A stretch of DNA of 64,000 nt from Vicinamibacteria bacterium (GTDB lineage Bacteria > Acidobacteriota > Vicinamibacteria > Marinacidobacterales > Marinacidobacteraceae). Shown piece by piece: positions 53,654-62,442 of this stretch (its first letter is position 1; each line of letters starts with the position of its first letter). A program made the translations under genes and the position numbers. Location of the stretch: positions 2,944,001 through 3,008,000 of the forward strand of contig OY821641.1 of NCBI GenBank assembly GCA_963555995.3. The letters run 5' to 3'. The notes beneath the pieces were generated by a model that was not told where the DNA came from, did not search any database, and saw only the letters and a program-made list of their open reading frames with translations.

Positions 53654-54433
53654 CTAGGCGGAGCCGGACGGTCCGATCTCGAACCGCCCCTGCGAGGGCG
53701 AATACCGGATGCCGTCGGTGTCGAAGGCGCGGCCGACCGCGCCGCTCCGGCTGAGCGCGTCCGGCGCGCCGACCGAAAACCCACCCGCGCCGTCGAGCAG
53801 CCAGACGCCGTCGGCAAGCTGCAGCGACAGGTCGAGGTCGTGGCTCGACAGCAGAATGACCTGCCCCTTCTCCTTCGCCTGGGAACGCAGGAGGGCCATG
53901 ATCTCGACCCGGCTGGGAAGATCCAGAAAGGCCGTGATCTCGTCGAGGATCATGAGACGCGGGGTCTGCGCGAGCGCCCGCGCAACCATGACGCGCTGCC
54001 GCTCTCCGTCGCTGAGACTGTTGAAGTAGCGCCGCCGGAACGGCTCGATGCCCATGACCGCAACCGCGTCGGCGATGGCGGCCCGGTCGCCGTCGTCCAA
54101 CCGGCCCTCCCAGCCCGTGAAGGGCTGCCGGGCGAGCGCGACGACGTCCTCGACGCGCAGACCGGGATTGAACGCCCGCTCGGTCAGCATCACCGCGATC
54201 CGGCGGGCGCGCGTCCCCGGACGCATGGACGCGACGTCCTCGCCGCCGAGCAGGGCGAACCCGCCGAGCGACGGTTGCAGCCCCGCGATCGTGCGCATGA
54301 GGGTGGATTTCCCGGACCCGTTGCGGCCCAGGATGCAGATGAAGTCGCCGGCATCGGCCGACACCTCGATGTCGGACAGGAGCGGGGCGCCCTCGCTGCG
54401 ATACCCGACGGCGAGGGACTTGAGGTCCAGCAT
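53654..54433 (-). CDS. ABC ATPase, FecE/BtuD class
   Basis: GRNGSGKST, LSDGERQRVMVARALAQ, ILDEITAFLD, SSHDL. Confidence 0.92.
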   Translation of the reverse strand: MLDLKSLAVGYRSEGAPLLSDIEVSADAGDFICILGRNGSGKSTLMRTIAGLQPSLGGFALLGGEDVASMRPGTRARRIAVMLTERAFNPGLRVEDVVALARQPFTGWEGRLDDGDRAAIADAVAVMGIEPFRRRYFNSLSDGERQRVMVARALAQTPRLMILDEITAFLDLPSRVEIMALLRSQAKEKGQVILLSSHDLDLSLQLADGVWLLDGAGGFSVGAPDALSRSGAVGRAFDTDGIRYSPSQGRFEIGPSGSA

Positions 54434-55464
54434 CACCGCCACTGCCTCACGGCCGGTGAAAAGATCAGGATGAGGATCACCACGGGGGCGCCGAGGATCG
54501 CGAGGATGTTGTTCAGGTGCAGGAAGTGCTGCTCCCAGGGCGCGTGCACGATGGCGTCGCCGGCCACGGCCAGCAGGGCGCCGCCGAGCGCGGCGAGGGG
54601 GAGGAGCGGAAGGATCCGCGCCGTGCCCGCGAGCGCCCGGGCGAAGTGGGGCGCAATGAGGCCGACGAAGCTGACCGGGCCGCAGAAGGCAACGACGGGC
54701 GCCACCAGCAGGACCGTCGCCGCCAGCACGGCGTGTCTCAGGGAGGTCACCTTGACCCCAAGACTGCGGGCATAGGTCTCGCCCAGCAGCAGCGAACTGA
54801 GGGGCTTGGCCGTCGCCACGGCCGCTGCGGCGCCGATGACGATCGGCGCCAGGAGCCACGGCAGCGACGCCGGGGCGATCGCCGCGAAGCTCGCATCCTG
54901 CCAGCCGCCATAGACCCGGCCGCCGGCGCGGGCGGCGAAATGGAGGAGGACGCTCGTCAGACCCTGCGAGGTGAACCCGAGCATGAGGCCGATCACGAGC
55001 AGCGTGATGGCGCCCACCCGGCGGCCGAGCGCCAGCATGAAGACCGCCGCCACCGCGACCCCCGCCGCGGCGGCGAGCGTGATGCTCGGGCCTTCGAAGA
55101 TGGTGAGGAAGGACACCGCCGCGGGACCGGCGAAGGCCGCCGCGGTCACGGTGAGCGCAACTCCGAACTGGCCGCCGGCGAGCAGGCCGAGGGACCACGC
55201 GTCGGCGACCGGGTTCCGGAAGAGGGCCTGCATCAGCACCCCCGCCATGCCGAGCGCGCCGCCGGCGATGATCGCGGCGGCCACCCGGGGCAGGCGGATC
55301 TCGAGGACGATCTGGCGGGCCAGGTCGCTCGACTGCATCCCCGTCAGGGCGCCGAGCGTGTCGGCCAGGGGGAGTGCGATCTGGCCGTAGGTCAGCGTCA
55401 GCAGCGAGACCGCGGCGAGCGCGGCGATCAGGGCCGCGCTGCTAGTTCTGACCCGCATCGTCAT
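54433..55464 (-). CDS. ABC permease, FecCD/BtuC class
   Basis: IRLPRV, MQALFRNPVA, LLLGETYARSLGV, FCGPVSFVGLIAPH. Confidence 0.93.
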   Translation of the reverse strand: MTMRVRTSSAALIAALAAVSLLTLTYGQIALPLADTLGALTGMQSSDLARQIVLEIRLPRVAAAIIAGGALGMAGVLMQALFRNPVADAWSLGLLAGGQFGVALTVTAAAFAGPAAVSFLTIFEGPSITLAAAAGVAVAAVFMLALGRRVGAITLLVIGLMLGFTSQGLTSVLLHFAARAGGRVYGGWQDASFAAIAPASLPWLLAPIVIGAAAAVATAKPLSSLLLGETYARSLGVKVTSLRHAVLAATVLLVAPVVAFCGPVSFVGLIAPHFARALAGTARILPLLPLAALGGALLAVAGDAIVHAPWEQHFLHLNNILAILGAPVVILILIFSPAVRQWR

Positions 55465-56710
55465 AGCTCGCCTTCCAGGTTTCCGGCGCCAGATAGCGGA
55501 ACTCGCCGTCGCGCAGTTCGGGGTGCAGCATCTTCGCGATGTCGCCCAGGAGCCAGTCCGGCCGGATGGTCCCCATCTCCCACATCTCCCACGCGTCGGC
55601 GGCGGGGTTGCGCTTGCCCGGCGCCCAGTACACGCACCCGTCCTGATAGGCCTTGAAGCGGGAAAGCACGGCCCGATCGTCGAACACCGCGGCCAGGGGT
55701 TCCCGGATCATCCAGCAATCGGCGGCCGTCGCATCCCTGAGGAGCCGTTCCGTCGAGAGTTCGGAAAAGGTGTCCAGCTCGGGATCGTCCTCGGCGCCGA
55801 GCACGAGCTCCGCGTTGGCGTCGCGGATGAGGGCCGCGTCGGCGTTTCGTTGTGTCACCGCCCAGCGGTTGCCCGCGCTCCGGTACCAGGACCAGAGCAC
55901 CGACCGGCGCGGCTGCTCCGCGGCGAGCGCCTTCAACAGGTCCACCTCGCGCGCCACCATCTCGACGAATGCCTCGGCTTCGGCCTCCTTCCCGGTCAGG
56001 AGGCCCATCAGCAGCACCCACGCCACCCGGCCCAGGTAATGCGGCTCCGCGTTGATGAAGGTCGGCACGACCGGAATGCCGAGCGCCTCGACGCGCTCGA
56101 TGTGCTGGGTGTGCGTGAGGTCGGCCATGCGCTTGATCAGCACGTCCGGCCGCGCCGCCACCAGCGCGTCGAGCGTCGGCGGCATGTGCCAGCCGTAGCC
56201 GATCTGCTGGATCTCGCCGGACCGGGCCTTCTCGCGCAACTCGTCGTCGTAACTTCGGTGCCCGCCGACCGCGACGATCCGGTCCTTGACCCCGAGGGCG
56301 CGGAGCATGGCCTCGTGGGGCTGGTCGTTGACGGCGATCCGCTGGACGGGCGTACGGATCAGCGTGGCCCCCGCGAGATCTCCCGTCAGGGGCGGCGGCT
56401 CCTGACTCCGCGGGACCAGCACGAGGCGGGAGCGTTGCGCCGGCCCGCCCGCTGATCCGCCCCAGGCGACGAGCGACGCCTCGATGTCCACGACGCGGTA
56501 GCCGTCCCGTTCGACGGCGCGGAAAGTCTCCGTCCAGGGCACCTCGAGCGCCTCGCCTTCCAGAGGTCCCGGATCGTCGGGCACGCCGGACCCGCACGCG
56601 GCCAGGCCGAGGAGCAGAACGAGGACCGCCGGACGAGACGGCGTCCGGCAGCGCCGCATCGCCAGGAACCAGCGCGCGGAACTGCCCCGCGGCGTCGCCT
56701 CGGGCTCCAT
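55442..56710 (-). CDS. ABC substrate-binding lipoprotein (paralogue of 52373..53611)
   Basis: LAAC lipobox and long near-identical blocks with the other SBP. Alternative start at ATG 56659. Confidence 0.88.
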   Translation of the reverse strand: MEPEATPRGSSARWFLAMRRCRTPSRPAVLVLLLGLAACGSGVPDDPGPLEGEALEVPWTETFRAVERDGYRVVDIEASLVAWGGSAGGPAQRSRLVLVPRSQEPPPLTGDLAGATLIRTPVQRIAVNDQPHEAMLRALGVKDRIVAVGGHRSYDDELREKARSGEIQQIGYGWHMPPTLDALVAARPDVLIKRMADLTHTQHIERVEALGIPVVPTFINAEPHYLGRVAWVLLMGLLTGKEAEAEAFVEMVAREVDLLKALAAEQPRRSVLWSWYRSAGNRWAVTQRNADAALIRDANAELVLGAEDDPELDTFSELSTERLLRDATAADCWMIREPLAAVFDDRAVLSRFKAYQDGCVYWAPGKRNPAADAWEMWEMGTIRPDWLLGDIAKMLHPELRDGEFRYLAPETWKASYDDAGQN

Positions 56711-56716
56711 CGTGGT

Positions 56717-57196
56717 TTACGGGCTCCTGAGGAAGCGGCTCCGTCCTTGCTGCCGGGGACCGGATGGTGGGAGTGGCTGGTCCGCAGTCTCCTCGTCGTC
56801 GCATGCCGGGCACGCGCCGGCCTGGCAGATGCGGGCGCTCCACACCAGAGCGCCGGCGAGGGTCAGGCTGCCGGTCGCCGACGTCACGGTCTCCGGCAGG
56901 GGCTCGAACCAACCGGCGAGGGAAGCTCCCCAGAGCACGGCCCCACCCAGGAACGTGAGGACCGGCGCCGCGTTCCTGCGGGCCGGTCCCATGAGGAGCA
57001 TCACCGCACCAAGAAGGACGGTCCCCGCCCAGAGGGCTCGCTCGGCGCCTTCGGAGAGCGCCAGCGCCGGCGCCGCTACGGCCAGGAACGGGGTGAGCGC
57101 GCAGTGCGCGGCGCACCAGGTCGCGGCGCACGCCGCCAGTCGCGATCCCGAAACCAGGACCGTGCTCGACGGGATGGTGGCGAGCGAGACCTTCAT
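56717..57196 (-). CDS. MerC-domain membrane protein
   Basis: AATWCAAHCALTPFL (MerC-like CxxHC), four hydrophobic segments, C-terminal CQAGACPAC. Confidence 0.75.
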   Translation of the reverse strand: MKVSLATIPSSTVLVSGSRLAACAATWCAAHCALTPFLAVAAPALALSEGAERALWAGTVLLGAVMLLMGPARRNAAPVLTFLGGAVLWGASLAGWFEPLPETVTSATGSLTLAGALVWSARICQAGACPACDDEETADQPLPPSGPRQQGRSRFLRSP

Positions 57197-57285
57197 GGTG
57201 ACGGATCCTCGGACCCGGCCTCGCGGATGGGAACGGATGGAGCCCCGCTGGTGGCGGGACTCTCCAGGACTGCCTGGATCGGCAT
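57193..57285 (-). CDS. 30-codon mini-ORF homologous to the N-terminus of the ATPase at 45198, coupled to the merC-like gene
   Basis: MPIQAVLESPATSGAPSVPIREAGSEDPSP* versus MSTQAVLETPATGEAPPIPLREAEFEDPVL. GGGAGGAG RBS; the stop overlaps the merC ATG (ATGA). Confidence 0.65.
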   Translation of the reverse strand: MPIQAVLESPATSGAPSVPIREAGSEDPSP

Positions 57286-57393
57286 GGGGACTCTCTCCTC
57301 CCGGATGAGGAAACGCCGGCGCACCGAAGCGGGCGCGGGCGCGACGACAGGATGCAGCAGCCGGCTCAGCGGCCGGCTACGGATGCGCGAGAG

Positions 57394-57663
57394 TCAGGCG
57401 GGGGGCGCCCGGGAGCCGCCCCCCGTGGGCGTCATCCCGTGAACGTGCACAGCAGTAACCGGAAGGTCGGCGGAGCGGACGGCCGGATCCGGGTTCGCCG
57501 GGAGGCCGGACGCGATGGCGGGCTCGTCCTGGGCGTGACAGAGGACGCAATGCTCCCCGTGCCCCTCGACCTCGTCGTGCGGATGAGGGACGACGCCGAG
57601 GGCCAGCAGCGCGAGCGCCGCGAGGGCGGCCCACGGAAGGACCCTGCGCACGTTCGGTCTCAT
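57394..57663 (-). CDS. RAPP-motif leader/arrest peptide 3 (paralogue of leader 1)
   Basis: MRPNVRRVLPWAALAALALLALGVVPHPHDEVEGHGEHCVLCHAQD...HVHGMTPTGGGSRAPPA*, same length (270 nt) as leader 1. Confidence 0.85.
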   Translation of the reverse strand: MRPNVRRVLPWAALAALALLALGVVPHPHDEVEGHGEHCVLCHAQDEPAIASGLPANPDPAVRSADLPVTAVHVHGMTPTGGGSRAPPA

Positions 57664-57670
57664 CGCGCGG

Positions 57671-57699
57671 ATTCTTGGCGGTTCCGGCGGAAGCGTCAA
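57671..57699 (-). promoter_or_regulatory. Putative sigma70 promoter giving a leaderless transcript
   Basis: TTGACG-N17-AAGAAT-N7-ATG. Confidence 0.65.
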
Positions 57700-57807
57700 G
57701 TGGGGTCGGGGGTCGGCGTGCGTCGCGCCGTCCTTCGTGGGCGTCCGGGCGGACGAGCGCGCGGCTCGCCGGTCGACCGATCTCCGGCGGTTGCGTAGGC
57801 TGATTTC

Positions 57808-58035
57808 GTGACGCATCTGGACCGGATCACCATCGAGCCCGGAAAACGCGGCGGGAAGCCCTGCATCCGGGGTCTCCGCATGACGGTCGCAGACGTGCTC
57901 GCCTACCTCGCGTCCGGCATGTCGGAGGAGGATCTGCTCCGGGACTTCCCCGACCTGACCCGCGAAGACATCCGGGCCGGCCTCGCATTCGCGGCGGATC
58001 GCGAACGGCGACTCGTCGCGGTCGTCGGAAGGTGA
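57808..58035 (+). CDS. DUF433 antitoxin
   Basis: RITIEPGKRGGKPCIRGLRMTVADVL...DFPDLTREDIRA. Confidence 0.92.
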   Translation: MTHLDRITIEPGKRGGKPCIRGLRMTVADVLAYLASGMSEEDLLRDFPDLTREDIRAGLAFAADRERRLVAVVGR

Positions 58036-58388
58036 GGCTGCTCCTTGATCAGAATCTCTCGCACCGGCCTTGCGACCACCTGAGCGACATCTGGACTGAC
58101 GTCGTTCACGTTCGGACCGTCGGCCTGTCGGCCGCGGACGACGCCGTCATCTGGGACCACGCCCGGCGGCATGGTTTCACCATCGTGTCGAAGGACAGCG
58201 AATTCAACGGGCTTTCCTCGCTGTTCGGCGCGCCGCCCAAGGTCATCTGGCTGACGCTCGGCAACTGTTCGACCGCGGAAACCGAGCGGTGCCTCAGGGA
58301 CCGCCGCGAGGAAATCGAGATGTTCGTTTCCGAGCCCGACACGGCGCTGCTCCTGATCGGACCGGGCCGTGGCGCCGGCGGGTCGTAG
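58032..58388 (+). CDS. DUF5615 PIN-like toxin (VapC45-like)
   Basis: LLLDQNLS, ADDAVIWDHA, IVSKDSEF, PPKVIWL..GNCST. GTGA overlap with the antitoxin. Confidence 0.9.
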   Translation: MRLLLDQNLSHRPCDHLSDIWTDVVHVRTVGLSAADDAVIWDHARRHGFTIVSKDSEFNGLSSLFGAPPKVIWLTLGNCSTAETERCLRDRREEIEMFVSEPDTALLLIGPGRGAGGS

Positions 58389-58452
58389 CGAGGCTCGCGA
58401 AGCCGGACCCGAGCGTCGGAGAGCTCAGACATCGGCCGTAAGCCGCGCCGGC

Positions 58453-59883
58453 TCATCTCGGAACGCGCGTCGCCCTGAGGGTCCCGAGCGCCAGTTCCAC
58501 CCCGTCAGCCTCCCACGAAAACCGTAATTCGCGTCCATCCTGCACGTCGAAGAACGTCGCGTCGCCCGACGGCCACAGCACCGACCGCTCGCCCCGCCAG
58601 GTCAGCGCCAGCCCCCGCTCCTCCAGCTCGACCTCGATTTCGCTCTCGGCGACGGCGTACGTCCCCACGTAGCGCTCCCGGACGTCCGCCGGCAGCTCGA
58701 CCGGCACCCTCTCCGCGGGCCGGGGTCCGGACCACCCGTACGCGTCCGCCACCGTCATGGCGATCTCGTTCGCCAGGAGGGAGCCCGCGTCCGAGTTCGT
58801 CATCACGAAGACGCCGTCGTCCCCGGCGATGGCCGCCGCGAAGGTGGAACGGAAGCCCTGGTTCGAGCCCCCGTGCCGGAAACGCTCGCCGTCCTCGGAG
58901 ATCCCGGGGCCCAGACCCCAGTCGTCCTGGTCCGGCGTCAGCATCTCCCGGGCGAGCACTCCGTCAAGCACCTGCGTCGAATCGCCCCGCCACGCCCGCT
59001 GCACTTCGCGGGCATAGAGGGCGAGTTCGCTGGGGGTCGTCCACAGCCCGGCCGCCGCCTGCTCCGGGTAGGTGTGCCAGCCGCCCGGAACGGGGGTCCC
59101 GTCGCGGCGGTAGCCGGTCGCGATGTCGTCGTGCCGGTCCGGTGGAATCGGTTGCTCGTACGTCGAGCGGACCATGCCGACCGGATCCAGCACGCGGCGG
59201 CGCATGACCTCGGGGAACGGGGCACCGTGGACGTCCGCGACCAGTTGCTGCATCACGGTGTAACCGCCGCCGGAGTACTGCCAGCGCTCACCCGGCGGCA
59301 GCACGACGCGCACGGGACCGGTGTTGCCCTGGCCATCGAGCACCCCGGCGGTATCCGGGACCGCTTCGGCCGGTCCATAGCCCGGGAATCCCGAGACGCT
59401 GAGTCCCGCACGGTGGGTCAGGAGGCCCCGGAGCGTCACGGGAGCCTCGGTGGTGAACGCGTTCGCCGGCACGCGCCAACCCGTGAGGTAGCGGTTGACG
59501 TCGCCGTCCAGCGCGACGCGGCCCTCCTGCACGAGCTGCAGCGCCGCGAGCGCGGCCACCGGCTTGGAGATGGACGCGGCCTGGAAGAGGGTGCTCGTGG
59601 TGACCTGCCGTCCCGCTTCGAGGTTGGCGAAACCGTAGCCGCGCGCCCACGCGAGCTCGCCGTCGAGGAGCACGGCGACGCTGACCCCCGGCACGCCCAG
59701 CGCTTCCATGCGGTCGGCGAGGGACGTGCGGGGCGTGGGCTCGCCGCGGATGACGAAGGTCGGGAGCAGCGCCGACTCGACCTCGGCGGGGGGTGCGCCA
59801 GGGGCAGGTGCGCCGGGCGGGGGCTGGCCGCAGGCGGCCAGCAAGGCGAGGGCGAGGATGAGGAACGGCCGGTGGATCTTCAT
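58453..59883 (-). CDS. Serine hydrolase (beta-lactamase/AmpC-like) lipoprotein
   Basis: LAAC lipobox, FQAASISK (SxxK), LLTHRAG, YSGGGY, AAAGLWTT, HGGSNQG. Start ATG 59883. Confidence 0.9.
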   Translation of the reverse strand: MKIHRPFLILALALLAACGQPPPGAPAPGAPPAEVESALLPTFVIRGEPTPRTSLADRMEALGVPGVSVAVLLDGELAWARGYGFANLEAGRQVTTSTLFQAASISKPVAALAALQLVQEGRVALDGDVNRYLTGWRVPANAFTTEAPVTLRGLLTHRAGLSVSGFPGYGPAEAVPDTAGVLDGQGNTGPVRVVLPPGERWQYSGGGYTVMQQLVADVHGAPFPEVMRRRVLDPVGMVRSTYEQPIPPDRHDDIATGYRRDGTPVPGGWHTYPEQAAAGLWTTPSELALYAREVQRAWRGDSTQVLDGVLAREMLTPDQDDWGLGPGISEDGERFRHGGSNQGFRSTFAAAIAGDDGVFVMTNSDAGSLLANEIAMTVADAYGWSGPRPAERVPVELPADVRERYVGTYAVAESEIEVELEERGLALTWRGERSVLWPSGDATFFDVQDGRELRFSWEADGVELALGTLRATRVPR

Positions 59884-60184
59884 GGCGGGAACCAGGGCGC
59901 CACGCGAACACCCTTGAGCCTGAAGCCAGCGCCTCCGCTTTGTCAATTCCTCCATCCGATCATCAAAGTGACACGGTCGGCCCCCGGCCAGGAACGGCAT
60001 CTCTCCGGGGCGATGTTACGCGCGCCGCACGAACGTCCGGAGCACCGACACCACTCCCTCCGGATAAACGTCGACGAGCCTACGGCGCTTCTCGAGGCCG
60101 ATGACCTGGAGCGCTACGAAAGGGCGAGATAGCCGGCGCTACTCCGGTGGAATCGCACGACACGCACGCTGGATGTTCCGGCGG

Positions 60185-60277
60185 CGGAGAGGGTGGGATT
60201 CGAACCCACGTGCCCGGCTCTTCACCGGACAAAGCGCTTTCGAGGCGCCCCCGTTACGGCCACTTCGGTACCTCTCC
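60185..60277 (-). tRNA. tRNA-Ser (CGA), long variable arm, CCA not encoded
   Basis: GGAGAGGTACCGAAGTGGCCGTAACGGGGGCGCCTCGAAAGCGCTTTGTCCGGTGAAGAGCCGGGCACGTGGGTTCGAATCCCACCCTCTCCG. Confidence 0.93.
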
Positions 60278-60324
60278 GGGCCTGGTTGGAACATGCGCTG
60301 GGAGCCGGCGGCGGCGGTCGCCCG

Positions 60325-60792
60325 CTACCTCCGTTCGCGGAAGAACTTCTGCAGCAGCTCGCGTCCCTCGCCGGCCAGGACTCCCGAGACCACCGTGAGG
60401 TGGTGCGGTAACCCGAGACCGTCCAGCGCGAGCTTCGATTCTACTCCACCGAATTTGGGTTCCGGCGGGCCGTACACCAGACGCCGGATGCGGGCGTGGG
60501 CGATGGCCCCGGCGCACATGAGGCAGGGTTCGACGGTGGCGTAGAGGTCGCAACCGGTGAGCCGGTAGTTCCCGAGCCGGTCTGCGGCGGCGCGGAGGGC
60601 GAGGACCTCGGCGTGGGCGGTGGGGTCGCCGGTCTCGAGGACGCGGTTCCGGGCGGCGGCGAGGATCTGGCCGTCCTTTGCCACGACCGCGCCGACGGGG
60701 ACTTCACCGGCGCGGGCCGCGGCCTCCGCTTCGGCCAGGGCGGCGCGCATGAGGGTGAGGTCGGCCGGGGCCGGCTTCCCGTCGTCGGTCAC
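60325..60792 (-). CDS. tadA: tRNA adenosine(34) deaminase
   Basis: GEVPVGAVV, DPTAHAEV, NYRL, TVEPCLMCAGA, LLQKFFRERR. GTG start inferred. Confidence 0.92.
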   Translation of the reverse strand: MTDDGKPAPADLTLMRAALAEAEAAARAGEVPVGAVVAKDGQILAAARNRVLETGDPTAHAEVLALRAAADRLGNYRLTGCDLYATVEPCLMCAGAIAHARIRRLVYGPPEPKFGGVESKLALDGLGLPHHLTVVSGVLAGEGRELLQKFFRERR

Positions 60793-60859
60793 GCTGGCAT
60801 CGTAGTGGTCGGAGCGATCACGCAGGTCGGCGGTGCGCGGTCCGCGGGCCTGCGGCCCG

Positions 60860-61055
60860 CTGTGCCGGCTGAAGCCGGCGTGCCAAGCCGCACGCGTCGT
60901 GAGGACAGGTAGCGTTGTGACGTGCGCGGCGCGGAGCGCCGCGCGTGCCGGCTGAAGCCGGCGTGCCAACCCGTCGGCGCGCTCCTGCGCCAGCGGCCCT
61001 TCGCGATTCCGCCCGCCTGCGGCGGGCTGTGCCGGTCTGAAGACCGGCGCTCCCG
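60860..61055. repeat. Cluster of three REP-like palindromes between divergent genes
   Basis: gccggctgaagccggcgtgcc twice and gccggtctgaagaccggcgctccc. Shares the cgcgtcgtgaggac flank with the 9.1-kb units. Confidence 0.8.
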
Positions 61056-61080
61056 AGGCCGTTCCTGTACTCTCGGAGAC

Positions 61081-62415
61081 TTGGCTGAGGGACTGCGGCG
61101 GGAGTTGCGTCTGGGTGACGCGCTCTTCGTCAACATCGGGACGATCCTCGCTTCGGCAGCCTTCGTGGTCCCGGCGTACGTGATCGTCGCCACCGGGTCG
61201 GCGGGCGGGGCGGCGCTGATCTGGGTGGGGGCGGGCGCGATCTCGCTCTGCGGGGCCTTCGCCATCGCCGAGCTGGCGGCGCTCTACCCGCACGCCGGCG
61301 GCGAGTACGTCTATCTGGAGCGCGCCTACCACCCGCTGGTGGGGTTCCTCTACGGCTGGAGCCTCTTCGCGGTCATCCAGACCGCCTCCATCGCCGCCGT
61401 CGCGGTCATCTTCGTCGAGTACGCGGCCGCGTTCGTGCCGCTCGGCCCGGTCGCCGCCAAGGCGGCGGTGGTGATCCTGATCCTGGGCCTCTCGCTCTGG
61501 AACTGCCGGAGCGTGCGCTCCTCCGCCCGGACCCAGAACCTGACCACCATCGCCAAGCTGGTGATGGCGGGGGCCATCGTGGTGCTCTGCTTCGCGCTCG
61601 GGGACCAGTCGGCGGGAACCATCGCCGCGTCCCGGCTCCCGGTCGAGGGTTCGGCGGCGGCGCGCTGGGGCGCCGCGATGGTGGCGGCGCTCTGGGCCTA
61701 CGACGGCTGGATCAGCATCACCTTCGTGGGCGGCGAGGTGAAGAGCCCCCAGCGCTTCCTGCCGCGCGCCATCTCGGTGAGCCTGCTGATCCTGATCGGC
61801 ATCTACCTGCTGCTCCACTTCGCCTACCTGAAGGCGCTGCCCCTCGGCAGCTTCGCCGGCACCGAGACGGTCGCCGCCGACGCCGCCGGGCGGGCCGGGG
61901 GTCCGCTCGGCAGCCAGCTCGTCTCGCTCGCGGTGATGGTGTCCTGCTTCGCCGCCACCAACGGCTTCATCTTCACGAGCGCCCGGGTGTACTACGCGAT
62001 GGCGCGGGACGGCGCGTTCCTCCGCTCCTTCGCCCAACTCAACAAGGGCGCCGTCCCCACGAACGCGACGATCGCCCAGGGGCTCTGGGCCGCCGGCATC
62101 GCGCTCACGGGCAGCTACGACCAGCTCTTCACCTACGTCGTGGTGGTGTCCTGGCTCTTCTACGGCCTCGGGAGCGCCGCCGTCTTCGTGCTGCGCTGGA
62201 AGCAGCCGGATCTGGAACGGCCCTACCGCGCCTTCGGCTACCCGCTGCTTCCCGCGATCTTCACGATCTTCTCCGCCGTGTTGCTGGTGAACACCCTGAT
62301 CACCGACCCGCGCGACGCGCTGATCGGCCTCGGCATCACCGCGGCGGGCATTCCCCTGTACCTTTATTTCCGCAGAGCGAACGCGGCGCGCCCGACGGCG
62401 GGCGACGCCGCATAG
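61081..62415 (+). CDS. APC-family amino acid permease
   Basis: LRRELRLGDA, AELAALYPHAGGEYVYL, ALWAYDGW, GEVKSPQR, RVYYAMARDG, RPYRAFGYP. TTG start after GGAG. Confidence 0.92.
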   Translation: MAEGLRRELRLGDALFVNIGTILASAAFVVPAYVIVATGSAGGAALIWVGAGAISLCGAFAIAELAALYPHAGGEYVYLERAYHPLVGFLYGWSLFAVIQTASIAAVAVIFVEYAAAFVPLGPVAAKAAVVILILGLSLWNCRSVRSSARTQNLTTIAKLVMAGAIVVLCFALGDQSAGTIAASRLPVEGSAAARWGAAMVAALWAYDGWISITFVGGEVKSPQRFLPRAISVSLLILIGIYLLLHFAYLKALPLGSFAGTETVAADAAGRAGGPLGSQLVSLAVMVSCFAATNGFIFTSARVYYAMARDGAFLRSFAQLNKGAVPTNATIAQGLWAAGIALTGSYDQLFTYVVVVSWLFYGLGSAAVFVLRWKQPDLERPYRAFGYPLLPAIFTIFSAVLLVNTLITDPRDALIGLGITAAGIPLYLYFRRANAARPTAGDAA

Positions 62416-62442
62416 CCCCGGCCCCCCACGGAGGACAACCCC

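Noticed and set aside
57808-60277. tRNA-Ser as attachment site of an integrated island containing the TA pair and metal cluster
   Set aside because: No integrase and no duplicated tRNA 3' end found by eye in the window.
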